In this document: positions 1-8,346 of the stretch, piece by piece
Layout of the letters: the number at the start of each line of letters is the position of its first letter
How positions within the stretch are numbered: the stretch's first letter is position 1
Source of the DNA: an uncultured Methanoregulaceae archaeon
Lineage (GTDB): Archaea > Halobacteriota > Methanomicrobia > Methanomicrobiales > Methanospirillaceae
Assembly (NCBI GenBank): GCA_963737635.1
Contig: CAVTTL010000001.1
Span: forward strand, 2,208,001 to 2,272,000
Direction: 5' to 3'
DNA: 64,000 nt
Made by a program: the position numbers and the translations under genes
Notes under the pieces: generated by a model
Databases searched by the model: none
Told to the model about the DNA's origin: nothing
The model's input: only the letters and a program-made list of their open reading frames with translations

Positions 1-666
1 ATCTCGGTCGGTTTTGAGACGACAGCCCCAACCGTCGCTGCCTCTATCCTGACGCATCCTCCGGAAAACTTCTCGATCCTTTCCTGTCACCGGGTCGTTC
101 CCCCGGCAATGAAGTGGCTGCTTGAGCAGGGGGAGGCAAAACTCGACGGTTTTGTGTTACCCGGCCATGTCTGCACGGTGATGGGATACGAGGAGTACGA
201 GCAGTTCCCAGTCCCGCAGGTCGTTGCCGGTTTCGAGGCCGAGGATATCCTGCTTGGTCTGGTGATGCTGGTCGAGCAGATCCGCGAAGGAAAACACCGG
301 GTCGATAACGCCTATCCGCGTGCGGTCACCCGGGATGGGAACGTCAAGGCAAAGAAGATTATGTACGAGGTCTTTGAGTCGTCCGACGTTGAGTGGCGTG
401 GTTTCCCGGTTATCCCGCAGTCCGGACTCAGGCTCAAGAAAGAGTTTGAGCAGTACGACGCCCAGAAGAAGTTCGATATTGTATACAAGAAAGTGAGCAA
501 GCACTCCGCCTGTATCTGCGACCGGGTACTCCGCGGGATTGCCGAGCCGACCGACTGCAAACTCTTCGGCAAGGTCTGTACGCCCCGGACACCTGTCGGG
601 CCGTGCATGGTGAGCCATGAGGGGGCCTGCAAAATCTGGCATCTTTACCAGGTCAAAAAGCAGTAA
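1..666 (+). CDS. hypD: Hydrogenase maturation protein HypD (5'-truncated by window edge)
   Basis: Frame is open from base 1 (ISVGFETTAPT, the GFETT motif); also PGHV and the C-terminal C-x2-C...CKLFGKVCTP..PVGPCMVSHEGAC Fe-S motif. Confidence 0.95.
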   Translation: MSVGFETTAPTVAASILTHPPENFSILSCHRVVPPAMKWLLEQGEAKLDGFVLPGHVCTVMGYEEYEQFPVPQVVAGFEAEDILLGLVMLVEQIREGKHRVDNAYPRAVTRDGNVKAKKIMYEVFESSDVEWRGFPVIPQSGLRLKKEFEQYDAQKKFDIVYKKVSKHSACICDRVLRGIAEPTDCKLFGKVCTPRTPVGPCMVSHEGACKIWHLYQVKKQ

Positions 667-687
667 GGTGACTGGAGAACCTTCTCA

Positions 688-694
688 TTTATAT
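688..694 (+). promoter_or_regulatory. Putative TATA box (TTTATAT), probably the original tRNA-Arg promoter
   Basis: Lies ~32 nt upstream of the duplicated tRNA 5' end at 726. Confidence 0.5.
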
Positions 695-722
695 GGAAGC
701 ACACAAGAATAAGTATGGTAAA

Positions 723-737
723 TTTGCCTCGGTAGGG
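723..737 (+). repeat. 15-bp direct repeat copy 1 (TTTGCCTCGGTAGGG), containing the first 12 nt of tRNA-Arg
   Basis: Identical to 2503-2517. Confidence 0.9.
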
Positions 738-2502
738 AGTCCGGGTGCCGACGGTAATTTGCTCTGTTTTTAATCAATTACAAAATCAAAAGCGCGCGGA
801 AAAATCTAGCATTTAAATGTTGAATCAAGAATACAGAGTCAACTGTGAAAAATGCAAAAATTATGCAAAGATAATCCTTAACCGTGTTTGTCCCTTTTAG
901 ATGAGATATATATCTGGAAAAGTGTTAACTGCAATCCTTAATTGAAAGTATCACGATAATTGTTAAATTCATCAAGATGATTTAACGTTCCTGCTTTAGT
1001 TCTCTCTTCTATGGACATGAATAAATCAGGATTATAAAAAAAATTGGGGTATCTAATATAGTTCATTTCTACATCATAAAACGCTTCGTCCTTCTTAATT
1101 TGTTCTTCTAATAATTCTGGTATAAAATTGGCTTTTACTATTTTAGCAAAAGGAAGAATTTCTTGTCTATCATTTTTGTCAAGAACTGCGTGGCGTGTAA
1201 CAACTCCAATTAGTTTATTATTAGAAATTACTGGACACCCACTGTTTCCCCAATATATCCTTAAATCTCCCCAAAAGTAATCCAAATCTGATGATGCCAT
1301 CGATACCTTTCCGAAGGTAAAACTAGGAAGAACGATATCATCTGAAAAATATTCTTCGTATTTTTCAGTTATTATTTTCTGTTTTTTAATCTGAGAGATA
1401 TCTTCTGGGAAACCAACTGTAAAAATATCTTCACCTTCTTGGATAGGTTCTTTGGCTATTTCTTCAAATGCAATTGGTTGATATCCAAGCATAAGGAGCT
1501 CTTCTCCAAATGTAGGTTGACTCATGAAAATTCTAGTTGCGAATTCACATAAACGTGGTCGTAACGAGATTATTGCAAGGTCAATATTTTGATGAACCGT
1601 AACAGCAGAATCAATAGAATCAGATTCCGTCAATTGTATAGATTTGGAAGCTGCAATTTCTTCCCCGTCGTGTCCAAAAGGGACATTATCCCGAGTTACT
1701 TGAAGACGCAATACCTTTTTATCATCGAAATAAAGATTTTTAGTAATTATTCGTCTTTTGATTTCATCGTTTAATTCATACAACAACGGGATTCTAAATA
1801 GCTGTTTAGTCGATAAAGAAGTACTTAATTTGGTTTTATCATTCAACAAATGAGCAACAGTAATTAAAAAATATTTCTTTTTGTATGATACAAAAATTGC
1901 AGTTCCGGATATTCTATAATCATCACGATTTTGTCTTAATTCAATATTCACAACACTATGTTTCCATCGTTGTAAGGATTCCATAGTACATTATCATATA
2001 CATAATATTTTATTTCTTAATTTCGAAATTTTTCTATAAGTTTTTTGTTGTAATGTCTCCGGAATCTCCCCCTAAAGTCTCACATGCCTTGATATTCACC
2101 TCATACGAGGGCGCCTGATACATCACAGTTGGGTCATTTCTCTTTTTACCGGAAATAACTGTCTCGATGTGGCAGTATCCCCCTTCCGATCCGTGCGGGT
2201 TCATAATATTCGAGAGGGCGCGGGACGGCTGGAAGGCCCTCACCCTGTGCCCGATACCTCCCGAACCGTTTGGGACTGGGAGACTACTAGATACCCAACA
2301 ATAAATACAGTATCATCGGGGTCGACGAAGCCTTTTTCTTCCCACTTTTGGAGAGCTTTAATACCATTAAACGTGTTGTTAATATGGAACTGTGATTCAT
2401 CGAGCGTTGGTTATTCCTTCACCGTCGCGGTTATCTTTGTTACCATACAGGATGATTCGCGCTGGGGAAGTCAGGCTAGCGCACCATGGACATGGTTGCC
2501 TG
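738..2502. mobile_element. Remnant integrated element in the 5' end of tRNA-Arg(CCG)
   Basis: Bounded by a 15-bp direct repeat overlapping the tRNA 5' end; largely AT-rich; no integrase or transposase visible. Confidence 0.6.
938..1984 (-). CDS. Trypsin-like (S1/PA clan) serine protease
   Basis: Catalytic triad motifs ITVAHL (His), IDLAII (Asp), WGNSGCPV (Ser); AT-rich; no signal peptide. Confidence 0.85.
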   Translation of the reverse strand: MESLQRWKHSVVNIELRQNRDDYRISGTAIFVSYKKKYFLITVAHLLNDKTKLSTSLSTKQLFRIPLLYELNDEIKRRIITKNLYFDDKKVLRLQVTRDNVPFGHDGEEIAASKSIQLTESDSIDSAVTVHQNIDLAIISLRPRLCEFATRIFMSQPTFGEELLMLGYQPIAFEEIAKEPIQEGEDIFTVGFPEDISQIKKQKIITEKYEEYFSDDIVLPSFTFGKVSMASSDLDYFWGDLRIYWGNSGCPVISNNKLIGVVTRHAVLDKNDRQEILPFAKIVKANFIPELLEEQIKKDEAFYDVEMNYIRYPNFFYNPDLFMSIEERTKAGTLNHLDEFNNYRDTFN

Positions 2503-2517
2503 TTTGCCTCGGTAGGG
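2503..2517 (+). repeat. 15-bp direct repeat copy 2
   Basis: Identical to 723-737. Confidence 0.9.
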
Positions 2518-2577
2518 TAGTGGACATCCTAGAAGCCTCCGGAGCTTTTGACCCGGGTTCAAATCCCGGCCGAGGCG
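2506..2577 (+). tRNA. tRNA-Arg(CCG), intronless, CCA not encoded
   Basis: Acceptor stem GCCTCGG/CCGAGGC; anticodon arm GAAGC-CTCCGGA-GCTTT; T arm CCGGG-TTCAAAT-CCCGG; discriminator G. Confidence 0.97.
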
Positions 2578-2745
2578 CTTCACTTTTTAAGTCCAAATCA
2601 TTAACAAATAGGGACCCCATTTAATTTCCGGATGGGGCGTCATCCCTTTCAAGTCTGAATCTCCTCTCAAAAAATTATTCCATTGAGCAACGATTTATGC
2701 AGGCTACACGTATTGAGAAATACTTCTTTGTCAAATCTAAAAATC

Positions 2746-3504
2746 TTAAATTTTATCATCCATTAGCGGAATCGTGTCAAATTTTGTCCCGTATAATTTG
2801 ACATGTTTTTGATAATCTTCGAACGTTAAATATTCATCGATTAGAAATTCAAAAAATGGATATATATCCCAAGCCCAATCCCGTGCCCACGCTGGCTCAT
2901 TATTTCGTTTGGTTATATCAGCTACCGAATTATCAAATGCAGGATTTATTTCAAAATAGGAAACCTCACCTACAGATGATTTAGTAAGAACACTTTCCAG
3001 TTTTTGAAAATTTTCTTGATATGTTTTGCCTACAGAGAATCTAGCGATTTTAATTTTATCGTTCTTGAACAATTTAGTATAATTTAAATGAATATAGGGG
3101 TCTCTGAACTCTTGTACTCGTTTTAAAAAATTGATAACGAATTTGGGGAAAAGAGGAGTAGTAGAACATTTTCTTCTCTTTCCAGTTGTATCTTCAGAAT
3201 ATTTTATGGAATGTGCTAATGGTCCTTGCATTCTTACATTGTCATGTACAAAAATAATTTCGTTAATTGTAACTTCAATAAGTTGTCCGAGTAACATAAT
3301 TCCGGGATGATACAATCCGTACAGAATGCATCTATAAGAGTCATAATAGATTGAATATAAATGAGGTTTTGACATAAATTTTGGATGTAACGAGTTATAG
3401 AGTCGTGGAAGTTTAACTTCATTGATTTCCATTTCGTCATTTAATCTGGTAGCATGATCTTTTAAGTCTAAATTAGCCCACAATGAAATCTCATTATCGA
3501 CCAT
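2746..3504 (-). CDS. Hypothetical protein, probable HEPN-superfamily (DUF4145-like) domain
   Basis: N-terminal helix (SYRCILYGLY...LLGQLIE) and Rx4H motif RDPYIH; AT-rich. Confidence 0.55.
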   Translation of the reverse strand: MVDNEISLWANLDLKDHATRLNDEMEINEVKLPRLYNSLHPKFMSKPHLYSIYYDSYRCILYGLYHPGIMLLGQLIEVTINEIIFVHDNVRMQGPLAHSIKYSEDTTGKRRKCSTTPLFPKFVINFLKRVQEFRDPYIHLNYTKLFKNDKIKIARFSVGKTYQENFQKLESVLTKSSVGEVSYFEINPAFDNSVADITKRNNEPAWARDWAWDIYPFFEFLIDEYLTFEDYQKHVKLYGTKFDTIPLMDDKI

Positions 3505-3727
3505 TATTCAGAATAAAACATTAGTATAATTAAGTATTTGTTTCGCGATTTCACTTGAAAGGTAATTTAAGGCTAAAACGCACTCTTGAAACTCAATTTT
3601 TTTACACCATTCTCATCAGCAATCGTCTTAAATCCTCATTCTTCCTTTTACTCTATTCAAAAGGACTTTTCAATAACTACCAGAGAGATCCCCAAACCAA
3701 TATGTGAGAACCAGCATCGGTTTTCTC

Positions 3728-4651
3728 TCACCCCAACCATTCCGGATTCCTGCTGGTCGAATCAAACACGTGCGTCGTCTTATACAGCTCATATTTCCCC
3801 TTCGTCGCAGCCTTGGCTGTCCGTGCGAGCAACTCCCGGGTCTCATCCACCGTCATCGGGCGAAACGTCCGGGCCGCCATGAGCGCCTGATCCAGCACCT
3901 GCATAGAATCGCAGCCGGTTATAACGACGCTCGTCGGGAGGCTCATCGCGTAATGCAGGCATTCAACGGCTGTCACTATCCCGCTGTCGAAAATGTACCG
4001 GTCGCCCATCGGCTTCATCCCGAGCACACCGGTCCCGTCCTGCACTAGAGCCGGCAAGACCTTCTTTTCAAAGCTCTCGAAATGGGCGTCCATCACGTTC
4101 AGGGGCATCTGGACCGTATCGAACCGGAAGTGGTGGCGGGTCGCGGTCTCAAGCATCTTTATGTGGAACTCCGGGTGCTTATGGCCGGTAAAGCCGATAT
4201 AGCGGACTTTTCCCTCACGTTGTGCGTCGATCACGGCCTCCAGTGCACCACCCTCAGCAAAGATCCGGTCCGGATCGTCAGCACGGATAATTTCATGGAA
4301 CTGCAGGAGATCAACATGATCGGTCTGGAGTCTCGCAAGCGATTCGTCGATCTGGCGGGCGGCAGAGATCCGGTCGCGGCCGTCAATCTTTGTCATCAGG
4401 AATGCCCGCTCGCGGTACCCGTTGCGGAGCGCTTTCCCCATCCTGACCTCGCTTCGTCCTTCGTTGTAATCCCAGCAGTTATCAAGAAACGTGATCCCGT
4501 TGTCGATCGCGGTGCGGATGATGCGGATGCTCTCCGGCTCCGAAAGATCCGGCAGACCCAGATGAGCCCCGCCTAGACCGATGACCGAAACCCGTTCCCC
4601 GGTGCGCCCGAGGATCCGGGTGGGAATCTCACTTCCCTCTGAGTGTTCCAT
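3728..4651 (-). CDS. Aldo/keto reductase family oxidoreductase
   Basis: LGRTGERVSVIGLGG, FLDNCWDY, LMTKI, SLARLQTDHVDLLQFH, GKVRYIGFTGH. Confidence 0.92.
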   Translation of the reverse strand: MEHSEGSEIPTRILGRTGERVSVIGLGGAHLGLPDLSEPESIRIIRTAIDNGITFLDNCWDYNEGRSEVRMGKALRNGYRERAFLMTKIDGRDRISAARQIDESLARLQTDHVDLLQFHEIIRADDPDRIFAEGGALEAVIDAQREGKVRYIGFTGHKHPEFHIKMLETATRHHFRFDTVQMPLNVMDAHFESFEKKVLPALVQDGTGVLGMKPMGDRYIFDSGIVTAVECLHYAMSLPTSVVITGCDSMQVLDQALMAARTFRPMTVDETRELLARTAKAATKGKYELYKTTHVFDSTSRNPEWLG

Positions 4652-4822
4652 GCTTCCTGGTCCCTCCTGCTTTTGTGAGAGGGACTTGTGAACGGCAACA
4701 CATTAAATTGTTGATAGTGCGCTTTTGAATCCGGTCCCGTATTGGCAGATCCGGTAAAACTATACGATAGACCCGTTAGGAAGCGGTTTTGCTCAAGTCT
4801 TATAGTTGCAAAAAAAACTGTG

Positions 4823-4868
4823 CATAATGCCAAAAAGTTTATACATTATGCCAAATATACAATGCATG
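4823..4868. promoter_or_regulatory. Putative operator repeats upstream of the Ig-like surface gene
   Basis: CATAATGCCAAA / CATTATGCCAAA repeated 21 bp apart; 4844-4868 matches 5816-5840 at 18/25. Confidence 0.45.
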
Positions 4869-4875
4869 AAACCTT

Positions 4876-5733
4876 ATGAAACACCAGAACCTTGTAATCG
4901 GCAGCATTCTTGCTGTCGGTATTATTGCCACCTTAATCTGCGTCGGCATGGTCACCGGATATTCGGTATTCAAACCATTCATCTCCGTTAAACCGGTAAG
5001 TAACGTGAACACGAGCGTCCAATCCTCTGCTATGGAAAGCACCCCGGTTGATACACCACCGTACATCGCCATTGATCCCATCGCCAACAAAACAACCGGC
5101 GATCTTCTGATCGTTACCGGTTCAACGAATCTCCCGGCAGACGCATCTCTAATGATTCAGGTAGGCGGCACTGGAGGAAATACCGAGGTAAACGCAGGAA
5201 CCAACGGCGTTCACCGGTATTCCATGCCGATCGACACTTCCATCTTAAAACCGGGCACGCTCAACATAACCGTGACCCAGATGATCGGTGACCCGGCAAA
5301 AGGAACGTACAGGCCGGGGACCGTCAAAGCGACCGCCTCCTTCACGCTGAACGGCACCTCCCTTGCAAGTGCCACACCGGTACAACCAACAATCACTGCA
5401 AGCAATTACATCCATTTAAACGCAATCGGTAACCGGTCTGTCGGGGATCAGTTCCTCATCACCGGAACTACCAGTCTACCCATAGGCACCAACCTGCTCT
5501 GGCAGATCATGCCGGACACCGGAACACCGCCGACCGGCGTCAATATGACCGCAAGTGGTGACGGGGGAAATAACATGGTAACGAAAGGCGACGGCACAGC
5601 AAACCGGGTATCGTTTGCCGCCGATATGAGCCGACAAGTACCGGGGAAGTGGGTGGTCCTTGTGGGGGTAGCAAAAGAAGGCCAATTTGAGATGGAAAAA
5701 CCTCTGGGAATCGCCTACTTTACCCTGCAATAA
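4876..5733 (+). CDS. Membrane-anchored/secreted protein with two Methanomicrobiales Ig-like repeats
   Basis: N-terminal hydrophobic helix; two IAIDPI..GD...TG(S/T)T(N/S)LP repeats. Confidence 0.75.
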   Translation: MKHQNLVIGSILAVGIIATLICVGMVTGYSVFKPFISVKPVSNVNTSVQSSAMESTPVDTPPYIAIDPIANKTTGDLLIVTGSTNLPADASLMIQVGGTGGNTEVNAGTNGVHRYSMPIDTSILKPGTLNITVTQMIGDPAKGTYRPGTVKATASFTLNGTSLASATPVQPTITASNYIHLNAIGNRSVGDQFLITGTTSLPIGTNLLWQIMPDTGTPPTGVNMTASGDGGNNMVTKGDGTANRVSFAADMSRQVPGKWVVLVGVAKEGQFEMEKPLGIAYFTLQ

Positions 5734-5813
5734 GCAGGTATTCAGGCTAGGGAAATACACCCCATTCACCCTTTTCCGAAAACCGAAATGCTGGATCAAA
5801 GATAAAAATTTTT

Positions 5814-5840
5814 CACGTAATGCACAAAATACATTACATG
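5814..5840. promoter_or_regulatory. Imperfect palindromic operator CACGTAATG-N9-CATTACATG
   Basis: 8/9 inverted repeat ending 10 nt upstream of ATG 5851. Confidence 0.5.
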
Positions 5841-5850
5841 TGGCGCGCCT

Positions 5851-6690
5851 ATGAAAAAGAAATATCTCACCTATGCTGGTATTGCATCTGCCGTGATATT
5901 GGTCGTCATGTTCGCCATTATCCTCCTGACCGGTTCCTTTTCCATCTTCTCCACTGCTACCATCGATCCCATCCCGGATCAGGTTCCCGGAGATCTCATA
6001 GTCATCACGGGGACGACGAACCTTATGGCCGGCACGATGCTGGAACTGGATATTGTCAATGCCTCCTATGCTCCCGGGAAAAATTCCCCGGTCGGGAGAG
6101 TGGATGCGTTCATTGTCCGGGGTGGGGGAATGGCGAACAGCTGGTCAGGCATACTTGACACTTCCAGCTTCCCGCCCGGAGAATACGAGATAAATGCTTA
6201 TTCGACGAACGATACCGGTTCCCGGGGTAATCTTCTTGCCACGGCCCGGCTCAGGCTGACGAATACCACATCTAACCAGGACAAAATCATCTACAATCTT
6301 ACGTCACAAGGATCGGTTGCCGGGCCCTGCAAAGTTATCATGATTGATACGTTACCGGGTAAATTCACTAACCGTACCTATACAATCACGGGAACAACCA
6401 CCCTTCCCACCGGGACGATATTGCTTTTGGAAGTATTTCCCACGGAAATTGATGTGAGCGTGAACATGGGAACCGGGGGAATGTCGGCGTCCGGCGTCGG
6501 GGCATCAGATGATGTGGAAGTCGTCCGTGGAACCGGGAATACGAACTTGTGGTCTACGGATGTCGACCTTTCAAAATTCCCGCCGAATGAATATCTCATC
6601 AATATTAGTAATGACCGGATCGATACCAAGACTTATGCAACAATATACGGGGACACTTACTGCTCAGAACGATTTACCCTTTCGGGGTGA
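5851..6690 (+). CDS. Membrane-anchored protein with two Ig-like repeats (paralog of 4876)
   Basis: N-terminal TM; TIDPI..GDLIVITGTTNL and ITGTTTLPTG repeats. Confidence 0.75.
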   Translation: MKKKYLTYAGIASAVILVVMFAIILLTGSFSIFSTATIDPIPDQVPGDLIVITGTTNLMAGTMLELDIVNASYAPGKNSPVGRVDAFIVRGGGMANSWSGILDTSSFPPGEYEINAYSTNDTGSRGNLLATARLRLTNTTSNQDKIIYNLTSQGSVAGPCKVIMIDTLPGKFTNRTYTITGTTTLPTGTILLLEVFPTEIDVSVNMGTGGMSASGVGASDDVEVVRGTGNTNLWSTDVDLSKFPPNEYLINISNDRIDTKTYATIYGDTYCSERFTLSG

Positions 6691-7274
6691 TTTTCATGAA
6701 ACGCCTAACCTATCTTACCTGTACCCTCATCGTGGCCTGTATGGTGGCCGCAATGGTCGGGTGGTCGATGGCAGCCGGTAATTTTCTGGTCCCGGTCATT
6801 GCCATCCCGCTCGGAATCATCGTTGTCCTTGCCTGCCGCGCGCAGGTTGACGTTGTGATAGCAGACGAACGGGAGAAGAGGATCCGGAGTAAAGCCGCTC
6901 TTCGTACACTCGAAGTTGTCGTTATCGGAGGGGCGATTGTCGCGATTATCCTGTATTCCTTTGTGGTGAGCATCCCTCTTACCCCGATAATCACCGGAAA
7001 AATATTCATTAATGCTGACGGGACGCAATCCATGACAATAACCGAGTATAAGCCAGGAAGTGTACCAGGCCCGCAAACCCTTATCCGACAAACAACCATT
7101 CACAACCTGAATGCCATGAACGAATCCGAGGCAATAGCGTACTGTTCCTATGTCAGGGAGGGTTTCCAGGAAAACGAGAACAGGGGGCTTGTCGGTATGA
7201 CCGTAGGAAGTGTTGTCGTCATTCTCCTGGGAACGTTCGGAGCATTTTATCTCTATTACGACAAAAAATACTGA
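6687..7274 (+). CDS. DUF2178-family membrane protein with an extracellular insertion
   Basis: TM helices; DEREKRIRSKAA motif; directly upstream of an XRE HTH gene. Confidence 0.7.
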   Translation: MIFMKRLTYLTCTLIVACMVAAMVGWSMAAGNFLVPVIAIPLGIIVVLACRAQVDVVIADEREKRIRSKAALRTLEVVVIGGAIVAIILYSFVVSIPLTPIITGKIFINADGTQSMTITEYKPGSVPGPQTLIRQTTIHNLNAMNESEAIAYCSYVREGFQENENRGLVGMTVGSVVVILLGTFGAFYLYYDKKY

Positions 7275-7288
7275 TCCTCAAGGTTGCA

Positions 7289-7522
7289 ATGAAAAACAGG
7301 ATTAAAGTACTCCGGGCTGAGCGAAATATGACACAGGAGCAGCTCGCAGAGCGTGCCGGAGTGACCCGGAATACGATCATCTCCATGGAGAAAGACAAAT
7401 ATTGCCCATCGTTAAAACTGGGGTACCGGATTGCGCATGTTTTCGGGGTCGGCATTGATGATGTCTTTACCTATGAAGAGGACAAGGATGGGCCATCATC
7501 AGATTCTAATGATGATACATAA
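7289..7522 (+). CDS. XRE/Cro-family HTH transcriptional regulator
   Basis: MKNRIKVLRAERNMTQEQLAERAGVTRNTIISMEKDKYCPSLKL. Confidence 0.93.
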   Translation: MKNRIKVLRAERNMTQEQLAERAGVTRNTIISMEKDKYCPSLKLGYRIAHVFGVGIDDVFTYEEDKDGPSSDSNDDT

Positions 7523-7541
7523 CATCGAAAAAACAGGTAAT

Positions 7542-8346
7542 TTAAAAGATCAGACTCGGTGAGAGGAAAGCGACGGCGGTAAATCCCGCTGCCGCGACTA
7601 CAAGACTGCTCATCAGGACGTAATCCCCGGTTGCAAACCTGCGCTCGCGGACACGGGTCCGGGTTCCCGTCCGGTATCCCCGCATATCGATAGTCAGGCC
7701 GAGCACCGTAGAACGCAGGAGCGCATTTGAGACCAGCGGGACGATTATGGGCGAGACGCTCCGGATCTTCCCGAGTACCCCGGTGCCCGGATTATAGCCC
7801 CGGGCGAGCTGTGCCTCGTGGATCCGCGTCCCCTCTATCTGGAGGGTCGGGATGAACCGGAGTGCGATAATAAACATCAGGATATAATCGACCGGCATGT
7901 GCAACCGGTCCAAAGCATGCACCAGGTCACGGGGCTGGGTTGAGATCAGGAAGAGCTGGAACGCGAAGATCAGCACGACGAACCGGAGTGCAAGGATAAT
8001 CCCGATCACGATCGCCCCGGCCGTGACTGGTATTGCCCCGCCTATCACCGGTACTCCGGCGGGAATAAGCGTGCCAATGGTCGCGCCATTGGGCATCGTG
8101 AGAATCGTGATAACGATAAACACAACACTCATGATAAGGAGAAGCCTGAGCTGCTGGATCAGTTCCCGGTGCAGATGGCTGATATACGCGATAAGAAGCA
8201 GGACCGCGACCATCAGGAGAAGGAGGGGGATGCCGGTCGCAAGGACACACATCACCGCTACGACGATGATAAAGAGGATCTTTGTAAACGGGGAGAGCCG
8301 GTGGAAGAAGCCGTCCTTGTGGACGTACCTGCAGGATCTCAGCCAT
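7542..8346 (-). CDS. ecfT: ECF transporter T component (EcfT/CbiQ); +1 frameshift near 8328
   Basis: MAEILQ/YVHKDGFFHRLSPFTK N-terminus; ALRFIP, ARG and MRG motifs; extra G at CAG-G-TAC. Confidence 0.85.

Noticed and set aside
726-2577. Split or intron-containing tRNA
   Set aside because: The downstream copy is a complete 72-nt tRNA, so the upstream 12 nt is a duplication rather than an exon
2169-2624. 151-aa ORF on the + strand
   Set aside because: Runs through the tRNA gene and has no protein motifs
4720-4735. GCTTTTGA match to the tRNA as a possible second att site
   Set aside because: An 8-nt match is expected by chance
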